DNA from: an uncultured bacterium
GTDB lineage: Bacteria; Patescibacteriota; Patescibacteriia; CAIQCM01
NCBI GenBank assembly: GCA_963708045.1
Contig: OY970181.1
Coordinates: 643,740-707,739, forward strand
Length of the DNA stretch: 64,000 nt
Reading direction: 5' to 3'
The notes under the pieces were generated by a model, which was not told the DNA's origin, did no database searches, and worked only from the letters and a program-made list of their open reading frames with translations. Positions 19,744 through 29,206 of the stretch are shown here, piece after piece; within the stretch, counting starts at the first letter, position 1; the number at the start of each line of letters is the position of its first letter. The position numbers were made by a program, and so were the translations under genes.

Positions 19744-20934
19744 CTAGTCGGCTTTAGCCGGCTCGTGAGATTTTTTGTATAAAGCAAGAACTAAAAATAT
19801 AACAAAACCAATAAGTGACCCTATCGCGGCAACGGTAAAAGCCGCTTCTGGTCGTACCGTGTCCCAAATTTTTCCAAGTCCAAAGCCGCCAGCAATAACA
19901 GCTAATCCGGTCACAGTGTAGAAAATTCCAAAGGCCGTGCCGCGCGACTGCGCGGGAATTATGTCGGCAATCATCGCGCGCCCCGAGCCTTCGGTAAGTG
20001 CGTAAAATAATCCATAGCAGGCAAAAAGAATTAGCGCGGTCGCAAGCGATGGGTCGCGAGAAAAACCAAACTCAACGCCGGCGAGCAGAAGCCAGCCAAA
20101 AGCGATAAACGGGAGTTTGCCGATTTTGTCGCTCCAAATGCCAATTGGATAAGAAACAATCGCGTAGATCAGGGTAAAGCCGGCAAAAAGTATCGGCGTT
20201 AATGTTGTGGGAATGCCGACCGTGTGCGAGCGCAAAAGAAAAAGCGAATCATTGACCTTGGTGAGCATGGCGATCGTCATCCCGATCGTGAAGAGCCAAA
20301 ATTGCCAAGGCAATTTTTTGTAAGCGACAACTTGTTTGGTAGCGATGGTTTTTGGGTCGCGGACGCCAAAGTAAATAAGCGCCAAAGCGGCGGCGCCGGG
20401 GATGGCGGTTAAAATAAAAATTAAACGATAGGTTTGGAGTGATGGGACAAAAAGTAAAAGCAAAGCCGCCGCGGCGATCGGGCCAAAAACTGAACCAGCC
20501 GTGTCCACCATTCGCGAAAAACCAAATGCCCGTCCGGTTGCCCCCGTCGCGGCTGAGTCGGCGACAAGCGCGTCGCGTGGCGCGTCCTTACTGCCCTTGC
20601 CAACGCCATCAATGACGCGCAAAGCCGCGGCTGGAAGAAACGACGAAGTTAAAAAAAGCAAAGGACGGGCAAGCGAAGAAAGAGTGTAGCCAAAAAGAAC
20701 AAAAGTTTTTCGGTCTTTATAGCGGTCGGAAAGGACGCCTGAAACAAAACGGAAAAAACTAGTGGTGCCGTTTAAGAGTCCGTCAATCAGTCCAATCCCA
20801 GCGCCGCTTATTCCGATAAGTGCCAAATAGGCCGGAAGAATTGGCGTGATCATATCTTGTCCAAAGCCGGAGGCGAGGGCAACAAAACCCAGCACAATAA
20901 TATTTCTGGGAATTTTGGGGCGTGAATTTTCCAT
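19744..20934 (-). CDS. MFS transporter
   Basis: ~12 TM; GVLSDRY, APRDALVADS, GRAFGF. Confidence 0.92.
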   Translation of the reverse strand: MENSRPKIPRNIIVLGFVALASGFGQDMITPILPAYLALIGISGAGIGLIDGLLNGTTSFFRFVSGVLSDRYKDRKTFVLFGYTLSSLARPLLFLTSSFLPAAALRVIDGVGKGSKDAPRDALVADSAATGATGRAFGFSRMVDTAGSVFGPIAAAALLLLFVPSLQTYRLIFILTAIPGAAALALIYFGVRDPKTIATKQVVAYKKLPWQFWLFTIGMTIAMLTKVNDSLFLLRSHTVGIPTTLTPILFAGFTLIYAIVSYPIGIWSDKIGKLPFIAFGWLLLAGVEFGFSRDPSLATALILFACYGLFYALTEGSGRAMIADIIPAQSRGTAFGIFYTVTGLAVIAGGFGLGKIWDTVRPEAAFTVAAIGSLIGFVIFLVLALYKKSHEPAKAD

Positions 20935-21041
20935 AGTTATTTATTATAGCACGCTTGACTTTGCTTGCGTTTGTGTTAATTTAAACGGCTTGCCAAAGTA
21001 AGCGGCAAGATGATTTTTGACAACCAAAAGAGGTGATTAAA

Positions 21042-22412
21042 GTGAAAAAAACAAGTGCACAACCAGACAGCGGAAAATATTTTGTTTTGCCGGAGCATCT
21101 CGTTCTCGCAAAAATGGACGAACTTAGGCGAGCACGGATTACGGTGCGCAAGGTTGAAGCAATTGCTTGCGGACTTACCTTTGACGCATATCTCGTAAGA
21201 AAAAACGGAACGCGCGGCGGGTTAGAGAGGGTTCTTGCGGTTTTGAGTCTAAGCCAGAAGCAAATTCGCAGGGAAAAATGTTTTGTGAACGATTGCAAAT
21301 ATGAACTTGTTACCGTGAGCCAAGGCCGCGTTCGCATTCATGATTCTGAAAATGTTTACAAGCGAAACAAGACGTTTCAGGCGACGAGCGCCTATCGTCG
21401 CGAGCTTGAAAATTTTTCACGCCTTTTGGGTGGTGTAGAATTACATTTTCATTGCGCCAAGCTTTTTGAGCGTAATTCCTTTCCAAACGTGCCGGGTTGC
21501 TACCGAATTTTTACGAACAGTTCGCCCGCCGGTGAAGCTAGCTTCACATTTGGAACAACCATCTTTGGTATGCCTTTGGACAAGGATGGGTTTCCGGTCA
21601 AGGTAACCAAACCGACACCGGGTCGCGGGCTCAGTATGGAGGATCAGGAGGAGCAACCGTGCGTTCAGGTTCTTGGTAATACGATCTACTTTCTGGTTCC
21701 GACGGTTGGCAACTATCGCGGCGAGATCAGCCGGATTATCTTTAAGAAACTCTTTATCGCGGGGTGGGACGGAATTCGTCTCCTTGCCAAGGAAAAGAAA
21801 ACCAAGCCGCTTAGCAAGCGCGCTTGCGCCGGAATTGCGAAGCGCTGGGTTGACGGCTATCCGAACGGAGTTGAGGAGGAAATGGCGCTCTTAGACGATA
21901 AGATTGCGCGCGTAACGAAGGAACTCGCCGGATATTTGCGGAACAAACAAGAATTTGCGTCTATTCTTGCGCTTCTTAATACCCCCGGGTATGCCAGACG
22001 TGCTAAAAAACGCTTGGTTCGGGAATTTGATAAGCTGATGGCCAATCCCGATTTTGAGCGCGTATCCGTGGTTGACGAGGGACTGCATCTCGCGACCAAG
22101 CGGATCATTCCTGAACACAACGGACGCGGTTTCGATCTTGGGCGCTTTGTTATTAGGATCGGACGAAACGGGCGCGTTTCAGTTTGGAGTGAGGAACCGA
22201 CGCACCCGCGCCGCATTCCTCATCCGCACATTGATGCCGACAGTGGTCCGTGTTTTGGCAATGCGACCGAGGCAATTATAAAAGCCGCGGCCGAAGAGCG
22301 GTACGCTGACGCCGCGTCTATGACGTTGCGTTGGTTAAGGGATGGATATTCGCCGGAACTTGCGGCGGTAAAAATAGAAGAATGGCCGGTTGTTAAAGAA
22401 GGGATGGGTTGA
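21042..22412 (+). CDS. Coiled-coil protein with C-terminal E2/UBC-like domain
   Basis: HPHIDADSGPCFG resembles the UBC active-site motif HPN(I/V)xxxGxIC; heptad region before it; GAGGTG RBS ahead of GTG 21042 (alternative start 21033). Confidence 0.7.
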   Translation: MKKTSAQPDSGKYFVLPEHLVLAKMDELRRARITVRKVEAIACGLTFDAYLVRKNGTRGGLERVLAVLSLSQKQIRREKCFVNDCKYELVTVSQGRVRIHDSENVYKRNKTFQATSAYRRELENFSRLLGGVELHFHCAKLFERNSFPNVPGCYRIFTNSSPAGEASFTFGTTIFGMPLDKDGFPVKVTKPTPGRGLSMEDQEEQPCVQVLGNTIYFLVPTVGNYRGEISRIIFKKLFIAGWDGIRLLAKEKKTKPLSKRACAGIAKRWVDGYPNGVEEEMALLDDKIARVTKELAGYLRNKQEFASILALLNTPGYARRAKKRLVREFDKLMANPDFERVSVVDEGLHLATKRIIPEHNGRGFDLGRFVIRIGRNGRVSVWSEEPTHPRRIPHPHIDADSGPCFGNATEAIIKAAAEERYADAASMTLRWLRDGYSPELAAVKIEEWPVVKEGMG

Positions 22413-22413
22413 A

Positions 22414-23118
22414 ATGAAAGATCTTAATCACTCACAACAGCGGGCGCTGTTTAGTCCGAGCGCCGCGCGAGTCGTGACCGTAATCGGTGTTGGTGCGGTG
22501 GGAAGTTGTGTCGTTAAAATGCTCGCCAAGCTCGGCGTTCGCAATATTACGGTCATTGACCCCGACTACGTTGAATCACATAATCTTCCAATGTCGGCGT
22601 ACGGGCTTCGTGACCTGGCTAAATATAAAGTGTCGGCTTTGGCCGCCGAAGTGGAGCAGCAAACCGGCGTGCTTTTGATAGAGGCAAGACTGGCATACAC
22701 GGGCGGTAAGTTTAGGGGGACGGTGGTTGCTTGTGTTGATAGTATGGAAGCGCGGAGTCTGATTTGGAAATATGTAAAAAGAGATCCGCTTGTTGATGTT
22801 TTTGTGGACACGCGGACGGCCGAGGAGTTAATCTCGGTCTTTGGCGTAAATCCAACCAACGAAGAACATATCGCCTACTACGAACATCATCTTTGTCCGA
22901 CTACGGAAACGCTTAATACTACCTGTGGTCGGCACGGAATTATCTATGTAAGCGCCATTGCTGCGGCACTCGTTTGCAAACGGTTGACACAACACTGGAC
23001 AGACGGTACATATAACTTACACACAATGGGAACGGTTGACGACTTTTCGTGCGTCGGCCAAAACACAGACAGAGGAGAGAGCGATGAGGAAGCCGAAGAA
23101 AATCAGCGTAACGATTAA
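22414..23118 (+). CDS. ThiF/E1-family ubiquitin-like protein activating enzyme
   Basis: GVGAVGS, DPDYVESHNL, KYKV, ACVDSMEAR, TTCGRHG; starts 1 nt after the E2 stop. Confidence 0.9.
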   Translation: MKDLNHSQQRALFSPSAARVVTVIGVGAVGSCVVKMLAKLGVRNITVIDPDYVESHNLPMSAYGLRDLAKYKVSALAAEVEQQTGVLLIEARLAYTGGKFRGTVVACVDSMEARSLIWKYVKRDPLVDVFVDTRTAEELISVFGVNPTNEEHIAYYEHHLCPTTETLNTTCGRHGIIYVSAIAAALVCKRLTQHWTDGTYNLHTMGTVDDFSCVGQNTDRGESDEEAEENQRND

Positions 23119-23320
23119 AGTGGTTCCGGTCTCGGGAAGAACGAGGGAAATCAGCGTGGAACTTGGCGGGAAAAATCCGACCATCGCGACGGCGCTAACG
23201 CAAGCCGGCGTTGCCTCGGAAAGAACGGACATCACTGTTTCCAGAAAACCAGCTAAGCTTGCTGATGTGGTTCACGCAGGCGCAACGATTCGCGTTGCCG
23301 AACGTCCGCACAGTTCGTAG
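23084..23320 (+). CDS. Ubiquitin-like (beta-grasp) protein, 78 aa
   Basis: AGGAG RBS; beta-beta-alpha pattern IKVVP..TREISVE..PTIATAL..AGV, then DVVHAGATIRVAERPHSS; adjacent to E1. Confidence 0.75.
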   Translation: MRKPKKISVTIKVVPVSGRTREISVELGGKNPTIATALTQAGVASERTDITVSRKPAKLADVVHAGATIRVAERPHSS

Positions 23321-23355
23321 TCGGAAACGACACTTGGCGCGTCGCGTGCCAAGAC

Positions 23356-23383
23356 AAGGGGTTCTCTACAGAGAGCCCCTTTT
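23356..23383 (+). terminator. Terminator of the E2-E1-Ubl operon
   Basis: aaggggttctct-ac-agagagcccctt followed by T's. Confidence 0.8.
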
Positions 23384-23402
23384 AAAATTTTTAAAATTAA
23401 AT

Positions 23403-23433
23403 CGTCCGCCAAACCGATGGGGCTTGGCGGACG
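23403..23433 (-). terminator. Hairpin, probable terminator of the dcd operon
   Basis: cgtccgccaa/ttggcggacg. Confidence 0.5.
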
Positions 23434-23450
23434 TGTTTCTTCGGGTTTGC

Positions 23451-23693
23451 TTAGTGATCCAAAAGATAGGCGAGGGTGAGGATTGGGTGAGATGGATCAA
23501 TCAATCCTCTGGTTTGCGCCAGAGAATTGAGACAATTGGCGCAGGTTGATGAGTTACGAACGGCGTCTCGCAAGGAATGTATGGCAGGACACTGGCACGG
23601 ACGTTTTCCAATTGCCTTTTCCGTGGGTTGATACAAACTGAATCGCCGGCCGCCTTTTCCAAACAAACAAAGGGTTGGTTTATAACGTGGCAT
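23451..23693 (-). CDS. Small Cys-rich hypothetical protein (80 aa)
   Basis: AAGGAG RBS within the dcd 3' end, then ATG; CQC...H...CANC. Confidence 0.5.
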   Translation of the reverse strand: MPRYKPTLCLFGKGGRRFSLYQPTEKAIGKRPCQCPAIHSLRDAVRNSSTCANCLNSLAQTRGLIDPSHPILTLAYLLDH

Positions 23694-23697
23694 CGTA

Positions 23698-24486
23698 TTA
23701 CTCCTTTTTGAAGTCTGGGGGCAGTGGAAAACCGCTCGCGAGTTCACGGTCACGATACATTTTTGGAAGCATCATCTCGCTTGTCCACGATCCGATGATT
23801 TCGGCTATGCTATCGCTTCCTTGATATTTCCCGCCGTCTTTGGCGTAGGTTGTTCGGTCGGGATCAACTTGGAAAAAGATAATTTGCGCGACGCGCATTC
23901 CCACAACCAAGATGACCGAAGTCTCGCGCATATGGTTGGTCATTTCCATTGTCCAACGCGCGATGTAGCCAAGGTCGCCCCAGCCAGCACATTTACAAAC
24001 GGTAATGCCGATTCTGCCCATACTGGAACGGGCGCGCATTTCTGTGCTAACGCAATTTCGTCCGCCGATGAATTCTATCGTGTGAGCAAGAATCGTTTCG
24101 CCAGGATCAAGGATAATGAGTTGGTCGTTGCGGCGTATGCCCTTCAGGCTAACACTGTGTTCGTCCATATATTGACCGGCGACGATGGGTAGACAAGCCT
24201 TTCCCCAATATCGGCGAATGTGGATTTCATCAAAGGGGTTTAAGATCGCCGCGTCGCCGCTTGTGCGCCGCGTCTCGCGAAAGAAATTGTGTCCCAGGCG
24301 CACATCATAGCTCATTGTTCCAAGACTCCTTTCATCGTAGGGGCTGATAATGATGTTGCCGGCTTCAAGTTGGTATTTAATCGCTAGCCGTGAAAGGTGC
24401 GAACGCCCAGGTTTGGGCAGTTGTTCAAAATCTTTGATCTCCTCATCTGTCGCAAAAACTGTTCTTGTACTTGTTTCGTTTTTCAT
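23698..24486 (-). CDS. dcd: dCTP deaminase
   Basis: SYDVRLG, PGETILAHTIEFIG, ARSSMGR, GDLGY, QIIF, GKYQG; AGGAGG RBS. Confidence 0.92.
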   Translation of the reverse strand: MKNETSTRTVFATDEEIKDFEQLPKPGRSHLSRLAIKYQLEAGNIIISPYDERSLGTMSYDVRLGHNFFRETRRTSGDAAILNPFDEIHIRRYWGKACLPIVAGQYMDEHSVSLKGIRRNDQLIILDPGETILAHTIEFIGGRNCVSTEMRARSSMGRIGITVCKCAGWGDLGYIARWTMEMTNHMRETSVILVVGMRVAQIIFFQVDPDRTTYAKDGGKYQGSDSIAEIIGSWTSEMMLPKMYRDRELASGFPLPPDFKKE

Positions 24487-24594
24487 TTATTCCTCCTGAT
24501 TTGAGGTTAGCCGAAGTAACTAGCAAGTGTCAACCGCTGGATAGCACTACTTTGGCTTTAAAAAAACTCCGCCATTTGCTATATTTAACGCATA

Positions 24595-25302
24595 ATGGCA
24601 ATTAAATACTCCGTAATTATTCCGGCTTTTAACGAGGAGAATACCATTGGTCGGGCGGTTCGTGAAACCGCCGCGGTTTTTAATCCGTTTAAAGAAGAAT
24701 ATGAGATCGTCGTTGTTGACGATGGTTCATCCGACGCAACGGTTGGCACGGCCGAAGCACTTACCATCGAATTTCCGTTTTTAAAAATTATTAAACACGA
24801 GATTAATCGTGGTAAGGGCGAAGCCGTGCGCACGGGCGTTCGCGAAGCTCTAGGTGAACAGTTGCTTTTTTTGGACAGCGACCTTGCGACGCATCCGCGC
24901 GAAGTCGCCGCCTTTATAGAAAAAATGGGGGACTACGATATTGCGATCGGTTCGCGCCGCGCCCGTGGCGCGATCATCGCCAAGCCCCAGCCATGGTTCC
25001 GGATTTTTTATGGGCGAATGATTAATTTTTTTATTCGTCATTTTTTAAAATTGCCGCATAACGATACGCAATGCGGTTTTAAAATGTTTCGCGCCGAAGT
25101 TGCTAAAAATATTTTTAACGAGCTTGGGCCAAGCCGCTGGGTTTTTGACATTGAAGTATTGCTTCGTGCTCGCGCGAACGGTTATAAAATCGCCGAGCTC
25201 CCCGTTACCTGGACTAACGGTGAATTTTCCCGCGTTAAAACCAACGAAGTTCTTGCCGATCTTTGGTATCTCGTTAAATTAAAAAATAAACTAAATAGAT
25301 AA
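24595..25302 (+). CDS. GT2 dolichyl-phosphate beta-glucosyltransferase-like
   Basis: IPAFNEE, VDDGSSD, NRGKG, DSD, DTQCGFK. Confidence 0.92.
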   Translation: MAIKYSVIIPAFNEENTIGRAVRETAAVFNPFKEEYEIVVVDDGSSDATVGTAEALTIEFPFLKIIKHEINRGKGEAVRTGVREALGEQLLFLDSDLATHPREVAAFIEKMGDYDIAIGSRRARGAIIAKPQPWFRIFYGRMINFFIRHFLKLPHNDTQCGFKMFRAEVAKNIFNELGPSRWVFDIEVLLRARANGYKIAELPVTWTNGEFSRVKTNEVLADLWYLVKLKNKLNR

Positions 25303-25309
25303 ATTTTTT

Positions 25310-26179
25310 ATGAATGTGGTCGGTTTGATTTTTGCATTTATCGCGTTAATAAGTTGGGCGGCAGGCGATTTTTTAATTCAACGCGTAACTCGCAAGAGTG
25401 GCACGATAAAAACTTTGTTCTTTATCGCCGCCGTGGGCACAATCGTTTTGGCGCCGTGGGCAATACCGCATCTTAACGAACTTTTTTTTGGAAATAATCT
25501 GGTTTTGCTCATTCTTGCGGTTTGTATTACATTTTTTGCGGCGGTTTTTGATTTTGACGCGCTTCACGATGGCAAGCTTGCGGTTGTTGAACCAGTGCTT
25601 GGACTGGAGTTGCCGATCATCGTTCTTTTGTCTATGGTTTTTCGGGGTGAGTCGCTCGGTTTGTTTCAAATTTTAGCGATCGTTGTTATTTTTATCGGTA
25701 TTACCTTGACTGTGACGGAACGGAAATTACGCTGGCATCATAAAATTATTTTTGAGAAGGGTTTTATTTATGCCGGCGTCGGGGCGGTCGGGATGGGGCT
25801 TAGCAGTTTTTTGTATTGTGTCGGCAGTCAAGAATCATCGGCTCTTTTAACGGTTTGGTTTATTCATGCGATTATTGCTATTGTTTGTCTCATTATTCTT
25901 TTGCGCCGGCGGGTTTTTCTTACGGTTTTCTCTGATCTTAAAAAATTTCCGATAGCCATTTTATTGATGGCCGCCGCTGATAATGCTGCTTGGCTGGCAT
26001 ATGGATCAGCTTCAACGTATATACCAATTTCTATAGCAACAGCGATTAGCGAGTCATATATCGCCCTTGCATTAATTCTTGGCGTTGTTGTAAATAAAGA
26101 AAAATTTCATAAACATCAATACCTTGGCGCTGTTTTTGCGATTATTGGTTTGGTCACGCTCTCATTAATTTCTCCGTAA
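25310..26179 (+). CDS. DMT/EamA family transporter
   Basis: ~10 TM in two EamA repeats. Confidence 0.85.
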   Translation: MNVVGLIFAFIALISWAAGDFLIQRVTRKSGTIKTLFFIAAVGTIVLAPWAIPHLNELFFGNNLVLLILAVCITFFAAVFDFDALHDGKLAVVEPVLGLELPIIVLLSMVFRGESLGLFQILAIVVIFIGITLTVTERKLRWHHKIIFEKGFIYAGVGAVGMGLSSFLYCVGSQESSALLTVWFIHAIIAIVCLIILLRRRVFLTVFSDLKKFPIAILLMAAADNAAWLAYGSASTYIPISIATAISESYIALALILGVVVNKEKFHKHQYLGAVFAIIGLVTLSLISP

Positions 26180-26203
26180 TTGTAAAAAGTATTGATAAAA
26201 ATT

Positions 26204-26698
26204 ATGAAACTTATTGCCATAATAAATCCGGAAAATGTGTCCGATGAAGAGGTGAAAAAATTTAAAACCAGGGTCGCGGCGCGGGGAATTGTTTATGACA
26301 ACGATGGCAAGGTTGCGATTTTAAATGTTTCAAAGAAAAATTATCACAAACTGCCTGGCGGCGGGGTTGAAGAAGGGGAGGATCTTTACGAAACGTTAAA
26401 ACGCGAGTGTCGGGAAGAGATTGGCTGCGAAGTTGAAATAAGTGGCGAAGTTGGTGAAATAATAGAATATCGGAAACTTTATGAAATAAAACAAACGTCG
26501 TTTTGTTATACGGCCAAGGTCGTGGGTGAAAAAGGGAAACCGCAATTTACCGAAGATGAGGCAGAAAAAGGTTTTGAAATTTTGTGGTTACCAATACAAG
26601 AAGCGCGGGCTTTGCTTGCAGCGGATTTTCCTTCGGCCGCAGAGGGTAAAATGTATATCGTGCCGCGCGACAAGGCGTTTTTGGAACAAATAAAATAA
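26204..26698 (+). CDS. NUDIX hydrolase
   Basis: Nudix box GGVEEGEDLYETLKRECREEIG. Confidence 0.92.
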   Translation: MKLIAIINPENVSDEEVKKFKTRVAARGIVYDNDGKVAILNVSKKNYHKLPGGGVEEGEDLYETLKRECREEIGCEVEISGEVGEIIEYRKLYEIKQTSFCYTAKVVGEKGKPQFTEDEAEKGFEILWLPIQEARALLAADFPSAAEGKMYIVPRDKAFLEQIK

Positions 26699-26707
26699 TT
26701 TAAAAAA

Positions 26708-27493
26708 TTATTTTTTAATTGCTTTTAAAATAAGAAACATCGGGATCTCGGTGCGGGCGCGGTTTTCGGCTTTGGCGCGCGCGCCCGGGTCGCTCATTCG
26801 GTTAGAAACAAGTTCTTCCATTCCAGTAATAGCAAAACCGTTTTTAGCAAGCGCGTTTATATAAGCGGCAAGGGGGCGATGAAAAGAAAAAGTTTTGGCG
26901 GAATTTTTTTCTCCAGGATGAGCAATAATCGGAATCGCGAGTTCACTAAGGTATGCGTCAATCCGGCGGTACTGAATTTTGCGCTCTTCTTCCCAGCCCC
27001 ACGCGCTTTGGCGGGGGATGCGGAAAATTGGGTGGTTCATTGCAATAACAAACGGCGCACCGGGTTTTAGCGCGGCACCGGCACCAGCAAAAACTTTTTC
27101 AAAATTTTTAATGTTTTGAATGGCTAAAATGCAGACGGCAGCGTCAAATTTTTTGTTGTTTAACAAGGGTAAAAAATTTTCTGCGTCGGCGACAAAATAA
27201 TTGGTATTTTTTGGCATTGCTCCTCGTGCGCGAGTAATAAGCGATGGCGCTAGGTCAAAGCCGGTTATGGCTGCGCCAGCAGTAATGGCTAAGCGCGTAA
27301 AAGCGCCTTCGCCGCAGGCAATGTCTAACAACGTTTTACCACGAAGCTCGCCCAACTCTTTTAGAGTGGCGGGATAAACAACGGTCTTTAAAAGACTGTC
27401 TTCTTCTTTAAGGTGGTCGCCGTACCAGCGAGAAACATTTTCCCAGCTATTTTTAGCGATTCGTGGGTTTGGATGTTGATGAAATTTCTTCAT
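26708..27493 (-). CDS. Class I SAM-dependent methyltransferase
   Basis: LLDIACGEG, GFDLAP, ADAE. Confidence 0.9.
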   Translation of the reverse strand: MKKFHQHPNPRIAKNSWENVSRWYGDHLKEEDSLLKTVVYPATLKELGELRGKTLLDIACGEGAFTRLAITAGAAITGFDLAPSLITRARGAMPKNTNYFVADAENFLPLLNNKKFDAAVCILAIQNIKNFEKVFAGAGAALKPGAPFVIAMNHPIFRIPRQSAWGWEEERKIQYRRIDAYLSELAIPIIAHPGEKNSAKTFSFHRPLAAYINALAKNGFAITGMEELVSNRMSDPGARAKAENRARTEIPMFLILKAIKK

Positions 27494-27541
27494 ACCTGTA
27501 TCATATCCGTCTTGGCATCATTATTCAAATAAAGAAACATA

Positions 27542-27605
27542 ACCCACCCCAGCCCTCCCTTACCTTTCCGCCCAAGGCGGATCAGCCTCGGGCTGAAAGG
27601 GAGGG
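27542..27605. repeat. Nested REP-like palindromic element
   Basis: Outer CCCTCCCTT/AAGGGAGGG stem enclosing TCCGCC-caa-GGCGGA and TCAGCC-tcg-GGCTGA hairpins. Confidence 0.65.
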
Positions 27606-27614
27606 AAACTAAGT

Positions 27615-29129
27615 ATGAAACAAAAAATAAAACCCTTTGTCCTTGTTGTTTTAGATGGCTGGGGACATCGTTTGGAAAAAGAGTTTAATGGAATTTTTGA
27701 AGCGCAAACGCCGGTAATGGATCGCCTACTTCGCGAATATCCGCATTCGGTTTTGGACGCGTCAGCCGAAAGCGTCGGATTGCCCGAGGGTCAAATGGGT
27801 AACTCCGAAATTGGGCATATGACGATCGGTGCCGGAAAAGTTATTGATACCGACCTAGTGAAGATCGGTAAGGCGATAAAAACCGGCGAGTTTAAAAACA
27901 ATCCCGAATTTGGCGCGCTTTTTTCGCATGTTAAAAAATTTGGAAGCACCCTGCACGTTATGGGTTTGCTTTCGCCAGGCGGCGTGCATAGCCATAATCA
28001 ACATCTTTATGAATTTTTAAAAGCGGCCAAGGCGGCGGACGTTTCGCGTGTCGCGATTCACGCGATTACCGATGGTCGCGATGTGGCGCCGCAAAGTGCC
28101 GTGGAATATCTAACGGAACTGGAAGCGGTGATGGCCGAAGTCGGAATCGGTTTTATCGCCACTTGTTCGGGCAGGTTTTTTGCAATGGATCGGGATAAAA
28201 ATTGGGATCGCTTAAAGCGTGCTGAAGACGCGATGTTTAATTGTTTGGCCAAAGTTTGTACCAAGGAAAAACCGTCGGCAACCGTCGCGCGCCTGCATAA
28301 AGACGGTTTTGTTGACGAACATCTGGAGCCAGTGGTATTTTTGGATGAAAATGGCCAGAGTTATCCGGTTGCCGAAAACGACGGTATTTTTATTTTTAAT
28401 TATCGTGCTGACCGCGCGCGAATGATCGCTGGACGCTTGGCCGATGAGTCAAAAAGTAAAAATCTTTTTCTCGTGACGATGACCGAATACGATAAGACGA
28501 TAAATTGCCGCGTTGCCTTTCCGCCGAGTTCAATAGAAACTACTTTGGCTGCGGAAATTTCTAAGCACGGCTTAACGCAAGCCCATATCGCGGAAACGGA
28601 AAAGTACGCTCACGCGACTTACTTTTTAAACGGGGGAGTAGAAACACCGCATCAAGGCGAAGAATTTGTTTTGGTGGAAAGTCGTAAAGATGTGGCCACG
28701 CACGACCTCGCGCCAGAAATGCGCGCGCGTGAGGTTGCCGATAAAGCGCTTGAAAAAATTAACGCGGGGACGGATTTTCTCTTTATCAATTTTGCCAATG
28801 CTGATATGGTTGGCCACACTGCCGTACCAAAAGCAATCCTTGTTGCTGTAGAAACAGCTGATCGCGAACTTGGGCGGGTGGTTGATGCGGTTTTAGAAAA
28901 AGGCGGCGCGGTTTTTATAACCGCCGATCATGGCAATGCCGAACATTATTTTGACGCCGCAAAAAATGAAAAAATAACTTCGCACACGATGAATTTGGTG
29001 CCGGCAATTTTGACGATCAAAGACGCGGAATTAAAAAACGGTTCGCTCGCCGACGTCGCGCCAACAGTTCTTTCGGCAATGGGCTTGCCCGTGCCGCCCG
29101 CAATGACTGGCCACAACCTTGTTAAATAA
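27615..29129 (+). CDS. gpmI: 2,3-bisphosphoglycerate-independent phosphoglycerate mutase
   Basis: LDGWG, GQMGNSEIGH, DGRD, AETEKYAH, DMVGHT, TADHGNAE. Confidence 0.97.
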   Translation: MKQKIKPFVLVVLDGWGHRLEKEFNGIFEAQTPVMDRLLREYPHSVLDASAESVGLPEGQMGNSEIGHMTIGAGKVIDTDLVKIGKAIKTGEFKNNPEFGALFSHVKKFGSTLHVMGLLSPGGVHSHNQHLYEFLKAAKAADVSRVAIHAITDGRDVAPQSAVEYLTELEAVMAEVGIGFIATCSGRFFAMDRDKNWDRLKRAEDAMFNCLAKVCTKEKPSATVARLHKDGFVDEHLEPVVFLDENGQSYPVAENDGIFIFNYRADRARMIAGRLADESKSKNLFLVTMTEYDKTINCRVAFPPSSIETTLAAEISKHGLTQAHIAETEKYAHATYFLNGGVETPHQGEEFVLVESRKDVATHDLAPEMRAREVADKALEKINAGTDFLFINFANADMVGHTAVPKAILVAVETADRELGRVVDAVLEKGGAVFITADHGNAEHYFDAAKNEKITSHTMNLVPAILTIKDAELKNGSLADVAPTVLSAMGLPVPPAMTGHNLVK

Positions 29130-29202
29130 CTTTTAGCTTTTAACTTTTAACTGTTAGTCCCACTTCTCGCTCCTAAAAGTTAACAGTTAATAGTTAAAAG
29201 TT
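29128..29202. repeat. Inverted heptamer tandem-repeat hairpin
   Basis: 4x AACTTTT-like, 19-nt spacer, 4x AAAAGTT-like, between convergent genes. Confidence 0.75.
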
Positions 29203-29206
29203 TATA

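Noticed and set aside
22414-23320. ThiF-ThiS or MoeB-MoaD sulfur-carrier pair
   Set aside because: The Ubl lacks a C-terminal GG, no cofactor-synthesis genes are adjacent, and an E2-like gene is coupled upstream
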